Source: Malacoraja senta
Lineage: Eukaryota
Assembly (NCBI GenBank): GCA_038087875.1
Contig: CM075977.1
Location: 149,296,001 to 149,360,000 of the forward strand
Direction of reading: 5' to 3'
Length of the DNA: 64,000 nt
Positions within the stretch are counted from its first letter, which is position 1; every line of letters begins with the position of its first letter. Under the pieces are notes generated by a model that worked only from the letters and a program-made list of their open reading frames with translations, ran no database searches and was not told the DNA's origin. This document shows, one piece after another, positions 24,905-37,834 of the stretch. A program made the translations under genes and the position numbers.

Positions 24905-26050
24905 CAGTGAGACCAAGTGCGGGCTTGGCGATCGCTTCGCACAACACCGCCACTCAGTTCGCAATAACCAACCTGATCTCCCAGTGGCTCAGCACTTCAA
25001 CTCCTTTCTGTCCTGGGCCTCCTCCATGGCCAGAGTGAGGCCCACCGCAAATTGGAGGAACAGCACCTCATATTTTGCTTGGGTAGTTTACACCCCAGCG
25101 GTATGAACATTGGCTTCTCCAATTTCAGGTAGTCCCCCAAGAATCAACTATAGCACATTCTTTTGTTTTTTGTACAAAAATCCAAACATTTTGGAATAAA
25201 ATCTTTGAAATTTTTACAAAATTATTTAAAATAAAATTGAAACCGAACACAGAACTGATTATTTTCGGAACAATGGAAGCCAGCTTTGAGCTGACTTCGT
25301 TCCAAAAGAGCTTCCTTAATTACGGCTTAATAATGGCAAAAAAACGTATACTTAAATTCTGGAAAAACGCTCCCACACCAACGATAAAAATGTGGATTTC
25401 AAATATGTCCGAAATGTTACACCTAGAAGACTTGAGATTCCTCTTAGCAGGCAAATCAGACCATTTCCAAAAGATTTGGTCTCCATTTATCGACTTATTA
25501 CAAGCATAGGGTGCAACATAACTTTGAAAATAAATGGTTTCAGGACCTGGTGAGGGGTGTGTAAAGATACGAAGCAGATACATCCCTTTTATCTTATTTT
25601 ACTTTCTTTTCTTCTCTATTTTTTTCTTTCTTTTTCTTTAGTTTTCTTTTTAACTCTTTCTTGTGGTTTACGTTCCTACGGGTTTCTCTGGATCACTCTT
25701 TCACGCACTTACTATCTTTGCTAACTCTTTCTATTTTTCTTCTTTTTAAAGTTTAAAATAAGAAGTGGTACAAGAAATGTATTATATTATTTTTGGTTGA
25801 TATCACTGCAATGTACCATACTTCTAATAAATAAAAATATATATTAAAAAAAAAAATGTTCAGGTAGTCCTTGCTTTCTCCCTCCTTCCCCTCCCATTCC
25901 CAGCTCTCCCACAGCCTACTGTCTCCGCCTCTTCCTTTCTTTTTCACGACCCACCCCCCCCCCGACATCAGTCTGTAGAAGGGTCTCGACCCGAAACGTC
26001 GCCTATTCCTTCGCTCCATAGATGCTGCCTCACCCAGCTGATTTTCTCCA
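24905..26050 (+). mobile_element. Upstream partial tandem Penelope copy (GIY-YIG end plus terminal repeat), split by the L1 insertion
   Basis: ETKCGLGDRFAQHRHSVRNNQPDLPVAQHFNS; 25859-26050 resembles 26581-26770. Confidence 0.85.
25136..25858 (+). mobile_element. L1/Tx1 3' fragment with AATAAA and poly(A), inserted in a Penelope terminal repeat; 12-bp TSD ttcaggtagtcc
   Basis: AKKRILKFWK...KIWSPF is homologous to the end of the 50541 element; TSD at 25124-25135 and 25859-25870. Confidence 0.88.
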
Positions 26051-26054
26051 GCTT

Positions 26055-26770
26055 TGTCTACCAACGGGATCCCACCAGTGGCCACATCTCCTCCCCTGTC
26101 GGCTTTCCGCAGAGACCGCTCCTTCCGTAACTCCCTGGTCAATTTGTCCCTTGCCACCCAAACCACCCCCTCTCCTGGCACTTTCCCTTGCAACTGCAGG
26201 AAATGCTACACTTGTCGCTTTACCTCCCCCCTTGACTCCATTCAAGGACTCAAGCCGTCTTTCCAGGTGCGGCAGAGGTTCACGTGCATCTCCTCCAACC
26301 TCATCTATTGCACCGCTGCTCTAGGTGTCAGCTGCTCTATATTGGTGAGACCAAGCATAGGCTTGGCGATCACTTTGCCCAATACCTCCGCTCGGTTCGC
26401 AATAACGAACCTGATCTCCCGGTGGCTCAGCACTTCAACTCCCCCTCCCATTCCGAATCCGACTTTTCTGTCCTGGGCCTCCTCCACGGCCAGAGTGAGA
26501 CCCACCGTAAATTGGAGGAGCAGCACCTCATATTTTGCTTGGGCAGTTTACACCCCAGCAGTATGAAAATTGACTTCCAATTTCAGGTAGTCCCTGCTTT
26601 CTCCTCTGCTTCCCAGCTCTCCCTCAGTCCACTGTCTCCATCTCTTCCTTTCTTCTTCCCACCCCCTGCACCCTCACATCAGTTTGAAGAAGGGTCTTGA
26701 CCCAAAAGGTCGCCTATTTCCTTCGCTCCATAGATGCTCTCACCCGCTGAGTTTCTCCAGCATTATTGTC
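26055..26770 (+). mobile_element. Penelope-like element 3' part: Cys-rich linker, GIY-YIG endonuclease, terminal repeat
   Basis: FPCNCRKCYTC; NLIYC...CSRCQLLYIGETKHRLGDHF; PVAQHFN; one frameshift. Confidence 0.9.
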
Positions 26771-26774
26771 TCCC

Positions 26775-27000
26775 CATTCACACAAGTTCTGTTATCCCAC
26801 TTTCCTCATCCACTCCCTACACATTAGGGGCAATTTTACAGAGACAAGTTAACCTACAAAGCCAATGCATCTTTGGGATGTGGGAGAAAACCTACATGCT
26901 TGCCGGGAGAATGTGCAAATTCAACACAGACAGTGCCCGAGGACAGGATCGAACACAGATCCCTGGCGTGTGAGGCAGCAAGTCCACCAGCTGTGCTACT
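26775..27000 (-). mobile_element. V-SINE fragment
   Basis: atctttgggatgtgggagaaaacc...gagaatgtgcaaattc...aggatcgaac. Confidence 0.7.
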
Positions 27001-27159
27001 ATATTTTATTTTCCAACACACAAAAGATTATACGTTGATAACTTTGGTTACTAAAAAAAAGAAACTATCCATTTTCAGTCTTAAATTTCTAAATGATGCT
27101 ATGTCCCCCTTTACAGCTACTGTATGTTTTAATTCAGTTCAAGACTATGGGACAGTACA

Positions 27160-27755
27160 TTGGCCATACAGTTGCTGCCTAAAATTGCCAGAGACCTGGA
27201 ATTGATCCTGAATATGGGTGCTGTCTGTATGGAGTTTGCTCCTTTTCCCTTTGATTGCATGGGTTTTCTCCGGGTGCTCTTGTTTCCTTCCACATTCCAA
27301 AGGTGTGCAGGAACCTTCTTCAGACCCAACCCAAAATGTAATATTTTCCTTTTGTCCAGAGATTCTGTCTGACCTGTTGAGTTACTCCAGCTTTTTGTGT
27401 CTATCTTCAGTTTAAACCAGCATCTGCAGTTCCTTCCTACACACACAATACTATACGATAGAACTTTATTAATCCCAGGAGGGAAATTGTGTGTGTGTAT
27501 CGTTATATATTCATATATAAATATACTCCGTTTTGTTTTCTCGTTTATAACATTGTTTACAGAGTACTATGTTTATATATTCTGTTGTGCTGCTGCAAGT
27601 AAGGATTTCATTGGGACATGAGAGAATAAAACACTCTTGACTTACGTCGCTAATGTGGGGGATAGAACTAGTGTACGGGTGATCGGTGGTCGGCGTGGAC
27701 TCGGCGGGACGAAGGGCCTGTTTCCACGCTGTATGTTTAAATTAAACTGAAACCA
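27160..27755 (+). mobile_element. V-SINE split by nested short insertions
   Basis: 5' half 27160-27310; 3' tail 27650-27750 (gaagggcctgtttccacgctgtatg). Confidence 0.65.
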
Positions 27756-27879
27756 GAGGAAATCTAAAGAAGGGTCTCTACCCAAAACGTCACCGAATTT
27801 CTTCTATCTCTATATATATATTTATACACAATAAATAAACAGATAAAATGCAATAGGCTGTTATTTTTCAGAGTTTGGT

Positions 27880-28462
27880 GGTGGAGTTTAAATTCTGTTT
27901 AAATTCCATTTTGAATATTTTTGGAAGACCAGGAAACCAAGAAGCAAGAGTTACTCCAGGGAGTTACTCCAGCTCCAGCGAGTGATTCTGCGTTGGTTTT
28001 CAGCGGTCGCGGCGAGTGGACAGCATTGGCAGCCAGACCTCCCACCATGCAAAGGGAGGGAGAAAGTGGCCGACGCCAACCAGTTGCAGTGTGCATGTGC
28101 AGGGCGGCACATGCGCACAACCACGGCCGATGATGTGCTGGCCAAAGATCCTCGCTTTAGGATCTTTGGTGCTGGCCTTGGTTGTGCGCATGTGTAAGGC
28201 GGCCGGCCATGCCGGCGGACGAGGAGCGGGCGGTGACCCGAGACACGGACAGCGGGCGGAGACCTGAGACGTGGACACGGATAGCGGGCGGAGACGGAGA
28301 GTGACAGAGAGAGAGAGAAAGATAGAGAGGGGGCCATCTCAGAATTAAACAATAGGTGTCCCGAGTGCTTGCCAAGCCGGGCAAAATGGCATGGCTTTTA
28401 GGATTTCCGGCAGGACTGTGGGTTGCCATTGGCAACCGGGCAACCGCTAATTTCGAGCCCTG
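27880..28462 (+). mobile_element. GC-rich right portion of a hAT-like element
   Basis: Ends ggcaaccgggcaaccgctaatttcgagccctg, complementary to a CAGGGCTCG terminus; left boundary uncertain. Confidence 0.65.
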
Positions 28463-28519
28463 TATTTCCAGCAACCTAACCTGGTCCCTTCACTTTAATT
28501 CCCCTTCCCCTTCCCGCAT

Positions 28520-28787
28520 AGAGTAAAGAGTAGGAATTAACAGGTCCTTTCAGAATGGCAGGCAGTGACAAATGGGGTGCCGCAAGACTCGGTGCTGGGA
28601 CTCCAGTTATTTACAATATATATTGATTTAAACGAGAGAATTAAATGTGACATCTCCAAGTTTGCAGATGACACAAAGCTGGGTGGCAGTGTGAGCTGCG
28701 AGGAGGATGCTATGAGGTGGCAGGGTGACTTGGATGGGTTGGGTGAGTGGGCAGACGCATGGCAGATGCAGTATAATGTGGATAAAT
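28520..28787 (+). mobile_element. CR1 RT internal fragment
   Basis: GVPQDSVLG...KFADDTKLGGSVSCEED. Confidence 0.9.
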
Positions 28788-29999
28788 GGGAGACTTGGGA
28801 GTGAAAGATTGAAGGAGCAAAGAAAGATAAGATTATTTGAGATAACTACATTTAAAATTTGAAACCATCCACATCTGGATTTTTTTTTGCATTGTAGCAA
28901 ATATGTTTGCTTGTAATTAAAACTTGAATGGGCATCCAGAGTTTCTGGTATATTTTGCAGATGAGAACATCAAATTCATGCCCTTCACGTTTAAATGCCA
29001 AGTCTCTTAGCCAAGTATCAGTGTTCTTACATTTGTGGAAGGGAACATTTTCTTTTGAATACTTGCACACATGCAGTTAAGCTTGGTATTGGACATTGCC
29101 AATTAAAGAATAAATCAGACAGCAATGCCTTACTGCTATTCCTGCAGAAAAATGCCTGCCTTTGTGTATTCAGTGAGCTATGCTGTTTTGCTGGAGTTTG
29201 GAGTGCTGTTACCTGTAATACGAAGTCACATTTTTATTTTCCTTGCGGCAGGGTAACTTGGATTACAGGACCGCAAGCTTTGAAAATCTTGTTCTAGAAT
29301 TTTGGTTTAATATAGCGAGGCACTTCCTAGCCACTGGATCTACTGATGTATCATGAAATTACAACAAATCTTTAAGAAACTAAGAACATGCAGGTTTTTG
29401 TTTTTGTTTTTGCAGCAGTTGAACAATGCGTACAATGAATGCCTTGTGCTCTGCATCAGTGAGCAATGACATTTAACAATCCATTTTTGTGCTCCTGTTC
29501 ATACCCAAAAGTCATTAGTGCAATGAAAGTGTTGAATCACCCTTTCCTTAAAAAAAATATTAACCTAAAGAACGCAAATAGAATGATTTTTAGACACCAT
29601 TTACGGAAAGCTAATCTAAAACAACATTCATGTTTGAGCATTTGATGTAATAAAGCTCGAGTTCCTCAGCGGTGTCACCAATGAATTTGTGTATATTGAA
29701 TAATGTATATATTGATTAGTTCCCACCAATGATCAATGCATTCAACATGCACACATGGAATAATATGCTTACATTTAAAGGTGAAATTTGATATTTAACA
29801 TGTATCATGGCATTAACTGACTGGCCATAGATTTAACCAAGGCTAGTTGAAGCTACAATGTGCTATCAAGTTTTTCATCTAGTTAATAGATTTTCCTTAC
29901 TGGATGTCTTGCCTGAATATTTCCCTCAGCAATGATAGTCCTGCTTATCAGAAAAGTATTCTTCAGTTGATGTTCAAGATCACACAACGTTAGTTGAAG

Positions 30000-30480
30000 G
30001 ATGGAGAGGAGACCAACATGCATTCTTTATTTCAAAGAGATGACTAGGATAGGTGGATAGGAAGATTAATTTCAATATTATTTTTTGCGGAACAAAAAGA
30101 GAATTTGATCAAATCCCTTACAGATTGTTGGCCAAAACTGAAGGTTATTGAACTGAAGGACATAGAGAAATAGTTGGAACTGCAGGCCACAGAGAACACG
30201 AATGATGGGCAGGTACTAAAATTGGCAGCTTGTGACCACTGGTGTCCAAAGGGAGGTAGGGAGGTGTGATTGAGACACCAACAATTTGCCTTGTTTATAA
30301 ATAACTGTAAATTGGGGGCTTGAAAGCAACATATTCAGATTTGCCGATCATACAAAGATGATTGGTATTGATAAAAGCATTAAATTATGAATATCTATAA
30401 ACAGACAAGGCTAACCTATGGTAAATGAATGTTTATAATAGGCCGGTTTGAGATCATGCTATTTAGAGGGGATGAGCAAT
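30000..30480 (+). mobile_element. Highly degraded CR1 RT fragment
   Basis: Remnants of VTSGV and KFADDTK coding sequence (tgtgaccactggtgtcc, atttgccgatcatacaaag). Confidence 0.55.
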
Positions 30481-30497
30481 GATTGCAGGGGGATACA

Positions 30498-30901
30498 CAG
30501 GGCTCTCGCTTTCTTTCCCTGTTGCCAGCCGGGCAACCTTGGCAGCTTTTTAGGTTGCCAAATGACAGTTTAGGTGGTCATTTAAGATGGCTTGCATGAC
30601 GCGTGCAATAATGTGCTCGGACGAAGTGCGTAGTTACCAGTCGGAATTATACTCAATGAAGCATTCGCATATTAGTTCTGCTTCAAATAAAGTCACAAAC
30701 TAAACATATTCACCAATCAAGACATGATATATCCCACATTGACATGCAGCAAAATTATAAGACAGTATCTCAACTCTTTTTACACATTGCAATTAATGCA
30801 ATTTCTATTAGTTCTTTCCACTCCCAAACAAAAATGTGGTTGGATTATTACAGCGTATGATCAACCTGTGTCAATAAATCCTGGACCATGGTAACATATA
30901 T
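30498..30901 (+). mobile_element. Second copy of the hAT-like left end, running into the gap
   Basis: Direct similarity to 24531-24904. Confidence 0.75.
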
Positions 30902-31101
30902 NNNNNNNNNNNNNNNNNNNNNNNNNNNNNNNNNNNNNNNNNNNNNNNNNNNNNNNNNNNNNNNNNNNNNNNNNNNNNNNNNNNNNNNNNNNNNNNNNNN
31001 NNNNNNNNNNNNNNNNNNNNNNNNNNNNNNNNNNNNNNNNNNNNNNNNNNNNNNNNNNNNNNNNNNNNNNNNNNNNNNNNNNNNNNNNNNNNNNNNNNNN
31101 N
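30902..31101. other. Assembly gap (200 N)
   Basis: Run of N. Confidence 0.99.
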
Positions 31102-31276
31102 ATGGGTGGGTGAGGAGGTGGGTGGGTTATATACAAAGCCTTCAGGAGGGTCTTTTTGTGAATGGATAATGAAGTGTAGAACAGAAATTGCAGCACCAGA
31201 AGCTCTGGGCTTGTTGGGGTGAGTTTCGGCAAGTAGTTGGTTTCCATCCAAGCATCCGAACATAGAAGTAAAACTG

Positions 31277-31381
31277 TAAGGTAGACAAAATTGCTGGAGA
31301 AACTCAGCGGGTGCGGCAGCATCTATGGAGCGAAGGAAATAGGCAACGTTTCGGGCTGAAACCCTCCTTCAGACTGATTCA
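31277..31381 (-). mobile_element. Single-arm Penelope terminal-repeat insertion; 11-bp TSD aagtaaaactg
   Basis: Minus strand cagtctgaaggagggtttcagcccgaaacgttgcc; TSD on both sides. Confidence 0.75.
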
Positions 31382-31509
31382 AAGTAAAACTGGGTCATTT
31401 GAATTCTTGTTAATGTTCACTGCCTCAACTTATCCATATATTCCTGAAGCCTCCAGCATCCCCTGAAGGCTCACAATCCAATCAAATGTAGTATCAAACA
31501 AGACAAGAG

Positions 31510-32590
31510 ACATTGATTTATTTGTCACATGTACCAATTGGTACAGTGAAATGTGTGGTCACCATACAGCCATACGAACAATAAAGAGCACAGAACACGA
31601 TAGTCTTTAACATAGACATCCCCACAAAGCAGAATCAAAGTTTCCCACTGTGAGGGAAGGCACCAAAGCTCAGTCATCCTCCTCTGTTGTTCACCCGTGG
31701 TCGGGGGGCTCCCGAACCCCTCGCTGTCGCTGCTACGGGCGGCCCGATGTTCAGGCCCTCTCGCCAGGATGCTGGAACTCCGACGTCGGAACGGGAGAAC
31801 AACCTCAGCGGCTTGGACATCCGAATCGGCCACGTCCGCGGCTCCCGAAGTCCACAGGCCGAGCTGGGCGGAGATTCACGCTGGCGGCCCTCGGCAAAAG
31901 GACCCAGGAATCCGCTATGTTGAAGTCAGCGCCGCCTGCGCTGGAAGCTCTACAAATTACAGCTCCGCGATGTTGAAGCAGCAGGCCCAACAATCTGGAG
32001 CTTCAAACAGCGATCCAGGTAGGCATCGCCCGCTCTGCGGTGAATCCAGTGCTGAGCCGCCGCTGAAGTTTTGGCCGGTCCCCGGCAGGAAAGGCCGCGC
32101 CAATCCAGTTGGTAGGCCGCGAGGAGGGAGGGCCAGGACGCGACTCGGAGAATAGTCGCATCCTCGCCAGGAAGTGACTGGGAAACGGTTTCCCCCTTAC
32201 CCTACCCCCCTCCGCCACATAGAAAAACTAAATTTCACACAGAGAGTGGTGAATCTCTGGAACTCTCTGCCACAGAGGGTAGTTGACGCCAGTTCATTGG
32301 CTATATTTAAGAGGGAGTTAGATGTGGCCCTTGTGGCTAAAGGGATCAGGGGGTATGGAGAGAAGGCAGGTACGGGATACTGAGTTGGATGATCAGCCAT
32401 GATCATATGAATGGCGGTGCAGGCTCGAAGGGCCGAATGGCCTACTCCTGCACCTATTTTCTATGTATCTATATATCTATGTAAAAAACTCTCCAAAACA
32501 TACTTTTAAAACAGACTAATTTATTTTTTTTAAGATAGAAAAACAGACAGACTGTAGGCAGAGGCTGCCATCAATGCGGCGCCCCTAGTG
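31510..32590 (-). mobile_element. Related GC-rich non-autonomous retroelement
   Basis: Shares actgtga.ggaaggca and cagacagactg...agaggc blocks with 12375-13205; Rex-type tail gtacatgtgacaaataaa. Confidence 0.65.
32233..32482 (+). mobile_element. CR1 3' fragment inserted into a GC-rich non-autonomous element; 7-bp TSD aaaaact
   Basis: FTQRVVNLWNSLP...AGTGY plus tail; aaaaact at 32223-32229 and 32484-32490. Confidence 0.9.
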
Positions 32591-34585
32591 CTGTCAATGT
32601 GGCGCCACTAGTGCCTATCATACCCGACCCCCTAACAAACCCATAAACATAGATTATTTGCTGAAGCCATTGCTGAATTTGCTATAATTTCAGCAGATTG
32701 ACATCCTGGCACTATTTTCAGTAAAACCGCTGCAGGTCTTCAAAGCTTGACATTAATTTGCAGTTTTAATGAACTTGCAGAAGGCAAGGGTTGAATTATG
32801 GGAAGCCAGGGAGTTAATAAGCCAGAAACAAGAATATGAAATAGTACTAGTCTGATTGGAAAAGCAGCAGCATGCATGGATTTCTCCTTTGTGGGAAGAG
32901 AAAAAAAGACAATAGAAGGTTTGGCTGAGAAGATGATGATTGTGCTTAACAGAGTCAAATCATATCCGAGAATTCATAAATAATTCTGACATTTTGTTTG
33001 CTGCACACCATTGTGTCCCTCCCATTTAAAAAGATGGAAAATATACTAGTCAGAAATGAGAAATTTAATGAGAAATGAGGCAACAAATGAGTAAGTGAAG
33101 CAAAGTGAAAAGTGAACATCAAGACAACCTCAGATGCAGGAAATCATAAACAATAACAGAAAATGTTGTTAATAATTAGCAGGGCAAGCCATAAATGAGT
33201 ATTTCCAGCATTTTCTATTTATGTTGCAAAACAAGTGATAAATGTTAGGAGGAAAATAGGAAGGTGACAATTGTGAGATGCCATTCAATCAAGGGGTCCG
33301 CGTTCCGTCTGCCTAGCCTATCCGTGGCAGTGAAGCGGAATGCATTTGGACACCAAGAAACAATGAGGAAAAGTCAACGAAAGTGGGTCTCATTCATAGT
33401 GATTGTCTCTGAAGTGAAAGAGTCATCCGTGAAGGTGAGATTGATGCAAAGCCACAATGGTTTGTGAATGACGAGTTGAGAGAGGAAGGGGGAGCAGGCT
33501 GAAATGTAAATCAATCATTCTGGGTTTGAAATGGCAGAGTTTGGAAAGAATAACAAGCCCTGTGAGGCAGAAGCAACACCGGAGCTGGTGTGGAAAAAAT
33601 GTGAAGACATGCATAGGATTGAGTCTCCCGTGCTTCCAGTGAACCCTCTTATTAAATTATCAGGAACTAGTAAGTTGAAATCAAAGTTGACCTATCACAA
33701 TTTACTGAAGAAATTCAAAGATACATCTGACAGTAAATCTATGCCGTAAGGATGCAGATATATGAAAAAACATTACTGCCTGAACAATTTCATTAAATGT
33801 ATCTTTTTCTTTTGGTTTTACTTTCAGTCGTACTCTGAGAAACTGTTGCTACAGTAAAAGCTCTGTAATCTAGCACGTGCCAGACTTGACACGGCAGGTC
33901 AGTCAAACATGCCAGGCAAATAAAGGCACAGGCTGGGCACTCCTTCAGTCCCGCCCTTCCATCAGCCCAGCCAGCCAGTTGGAAATAACAGTTTCTACAG
34001 TACAAACAGTCCCCACATATGCAAGTTTTCCATTCCCGAGAACGGTCACAAACGGATTTTTTTTTTTTAAAGTCAGAAATGAACAATTTCTCTTGCATAC
34101 ACATCTGGCAATTCTTTCATTTCATGGAATATCTTTTATGTTCACCCTATTACCCACAATTGATCTAATGGCATATGTAACGTGAACCCCTGTGTTATGG
34201 CAATTCAGAGAACGGAAATTCGCCCTTACGGAGTTCACAAAATCATTACCAAAAAAGTTATGCAATAACACAAAACCTATACAGAGAACTGAACTAGTTT
34301 ACTAAAGGCAATAATTATAGGCCACTGGTTCACAGCGGAGGGCCACTTAAGGGATTTCGCTTGGTAAACTAACAAGGCAGTCTCTTTCTTTTAAAACTTG
34401 TACAATAATAGTTTATCAAACAAATTAACATCCATTTCTAGTAAAATTTAAAAAAATTAAAAATCCCTTCTCTTCTGCTCACACCAATCAGAATTCTCTT
34501 GCCTAAAGATACACACTGGGGATTACTGTTGAGAGAAAAACTTGTTTAGGAAGATAGGCTTCTTTAAAATTTTAATGGGAGAATA

Positions 34586-36085
34586 TAGTGCACTCCATAA
34601 TGTTTGGGACAAAAGACCCATCATTTATATATTTGCCTCTGTACTCCACAATTTGAAATTTCTGAATTTAAAAAATCACGTGTTTTTAAAGTTCACATTG
34701 TCAGATTTTATTAAGGGTATTTTTATACATTTTGGTTTCACCATGTAGAAATTACAGCTGTGTTTATACATAGTCCCCCTATTTCAGGGCACCATAATGT
34801 TTGGGACACGTGGCGTCACAGGTGTTGTAACTGCTCAGGTGTGTTTAATTGCCTCCTTAATGTAGGTATAAGAGAGCTCTCAGTACCTAGTCTTTCCTCC
34901 AGTCTTTCCATCACCTTGCAAACTTTTATGCTGTTTATCAACACGAGGACCAAAGTTCTGCCAATGAAAGTCAAAGAAGCCATTATTAGACTGAGAAACA
35001 AGAATAAAACTGTTAGAGACATCAGCCAAACCTCAGGCTTACCAAAATCAACTGTTTGGAACATCATAAGAAGAAAGAGAGCACTGGTGAGCTTACTAAT
35101 CGCAAAGGAACTGGTAGGCCAAGGAAGACCTCCACAGCTGATTACAGAAGAATGCTCTCTATAATAAAGGAAAAACCCAAACACCTGTCCGACAGATCCG
35201 AAACACTCTTCAAGAGTCAGGTGTGGATTTGTCAATGACCACTGTCCGCAGAAGACTTCCTGAACATAAATACAGAGGCTATACTGCAAGATGCAAACCA
35301 CTGGTTAACCGCATAAATAGGATGGCCGGGCTACAGTTTGCCAAGAAGTACTTAAAAGAGCAACCACAGTTCTGAAAAAAAGGTCTTGTGGACAGTTGAG
35401 AAGAAGATTAACTTATCTTCATTGATCATACAACTGCTGATGGTAATAGCATAATGAATTCTGAAGTGTATAGACACATCCTATCTGCCCAAGTTCAAAC
35501 AAATGCCTCAAAACTCATTGGCCGGCGGTTCATTCTACAGCAAGACAATGATCCCAAACATACTGCTAAAGCAACAAAGGAATTTTTCAAAGCTAAAAAA
35601 AGCCAAGTCAATCACCCGATCTGAACCCAACCGAGCATGCCTTTTATATGCTGAAGAGAAAACTGAAGGGGACTAGCCCCCAAAACAAGCATAAGCTAAA
35701 TATGGCTGCAATACAGGCCTGGTAGAGCATCACCAGAGAAGACACCCAGGAACTGATGATGTCCATGAATCGCAGACTTCAAGCAGTCATTGCATGCAAA
35801 GGATATGCAACAAAGTACTAAACATGACTACTTTCATTTACATGACATTGCTGTGTCACAAACATTATGGTGCCCTGAAATGGGCAGGGGGGAACAACTA
35901 TGTATAAACACTACTGTAATTTCTGCATGGTGAAACCAAAATGTATAAAAATGGCCTTTATTAAAATCTGACAATGTGCACTTTAATTACATGTGATTTT
36001 TTTCTATTACAAATCTCAAATTGTGGAGTACAGAGGCAAATAAATAAATGATGGGTCTTTGTCCCAAACATTATGGAGGGCACTG
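34586..36085 (+). mobile_element. Tc1-like DNA transposon, IR/DR type, both ends present, defective transposase
   Basis: TA flanks; about 230-bp TIRs, each with two ccataatgtttgggaca direct repeats; MKVKEAIIRL...GRPRKT paired-like domain, QQDND, SPDLNP.E; internal deletion near 35415. Confidence 0.93.
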
Positions 36086-36267
36086 TAAGTTCTCTTAGCC
36101 AATGTTTCTGCCAGGATTAAACTAATAGCAAATTGTCTGCCTATTTATCAGATTTCTGTTTCCATACAACAGTGATAGTTTTCTAAAGACACTAATTCGT
36201 TTTGAAAAATATTGTTTTATGAAAGGCACTGGGCACACGTGTATTGTGAAAAACACTGTATAAATGC

Positions 36268-36450
36268 TGGAGAAACTCAACGGGTGAGGCAGCATCTATG
36301 GAGCGAAGGAATAGGTGACGTTTCGGGTCGAGACCATACTTCTGAAAAATTCTATTCCTTCACTCCATAGATGCTGCCTCACCCGCTCAGTTTCTGCAGC
36401 ATTTTTGTCTACCTTCAATTTTTCTAGCATCTGCAGTTCTTTCTTAAACA
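36268..36450. mobile_element. Palindromic Penelope-derived short element; 13-bp TSD actgtataaatgc
   Basis: TSD at 36255-36267 and 36451-36463; inverted arms. Confidence 0.8.
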
Positions 36451-36542
36451 ACTGTATAAATGCAAGATATTTCTCAAATGGGTAATTATTTCATTGCAAT
36501 GGTTTTGATAAAAATTTCTTGTGTCAACTCTTAAATGAGCAT

Positions 36543-37082
36543 GTGTAGGAAGGAACTGCAGATGCTGGTTTAAACCGAAGATAGACACAAAATGCTGGAA
36601 TAATTCAGCGGACAGGCAGCATCTCTGGAGAGAAGGAATGGGTGCGTTTTGGGTCGAGACCTTCAGACTAGTCAGGGGAAAGGGAAAACGAGAGATTTAG
36701 ACAGTGAAGTAGAGAGATATAGCACAAATGAATGAAAGATATGCAAAAAAGTAACGATGATAAAGGAAACAGGCCTTGTTAGCTGTTTGCTAGGTGAGAA
36801 TGAGAACCTGGTGCAAAAACAATAAAGATGGTAAAGGAAACACCAGGTCCTCGTTCCCACCTAGCAAACAGCTAATAATGGCCTGTTTCCTGATCATCGT
36901 TACTTTTTTCCATATCTTTCATTCATTTGTTCTATATCTCTCTACATCTGTCTATATCTCTTGTTTCCCTTTCCCCTGACTTGCCTGACTGAAGAGGGGT
37001 CTCAACCTGAAATGTCACCCATTCCTTCTCTCTCGAGAGATGCTGCCTGTCCTGTTGAGTTACTCCAGCATTTTGTGTCTTA
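36543..37082. mobile_element. Long (about 540 bp) palindromic Penelope-derived element; candidate TSD tgagcat
   Basis: 36584-36812 is inverted at 36841-37080. Confidence 0.8.
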
Positions 37083-37834
37083 TTGAGCATTATCTTTATG
37101 GGCTAATCCAGATTTAGATATTTTTTTCTCTTCCTGTGATTCACAAGAAAGGACAGAAGTAGATCGGAGAAGTTGTAGGTTAGTAGCCCCTCAAGCATGC
37201 CCTGCCGTTCAATGTGATCATGGCAAATCTATGTTGGCCTCGGCTACTCTTGTGTTGGATACCTGTAGCCTTCAGTTCCTCAATCTTTTGAAATATTTAT
37301 CTTTCCCCACCTTAAAATGTTCTAATGATTTTGCCTCCTCCACTCTCTGGGACAGCAGAAACTTCTGGGCATGCTGGTTTTAAATGATACGATATGACAC
37401 GATATTACTTTATTGTCAGAGCAAGTCTGAAATTTGTTTTGCATCGCAGCAGCTCCATTTACAGCATCACAGAAAAGACAAAAGATGGCCTTCTTGCTGT
37501 GTCTTCTTGTTCCAATCTTCCCCTATTTTACTTATGACTGTTTACCCAGGACTGTTGTTCATCCTTATTCCACTCTGAGGTACCTTGAGGAGTCTAACCA
37601 GTATTCCTGTGTTGAATCAAGGAAACCTCACTGCATATACATTTCTCCTGTTAATTTTGCAGGTGGGAAGTGTTGCACATATCATTATCCTTGTTTATGA
37701 TTCTGCTTTTTCTTTGAACTTAATTTACAGTTACTCCAGGTATCATTATAATTTTTAATTTTATGGCTCCCCAGAGTTGAAATATTTTTTTTTGCTTGCT
37801 TCATTTTATTATCCATGAGTACCTATTTAGGCCC

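Noticed and set aside
30861-31322. ORFs with poly-X
   Set aside because: Artefacts of the N gap
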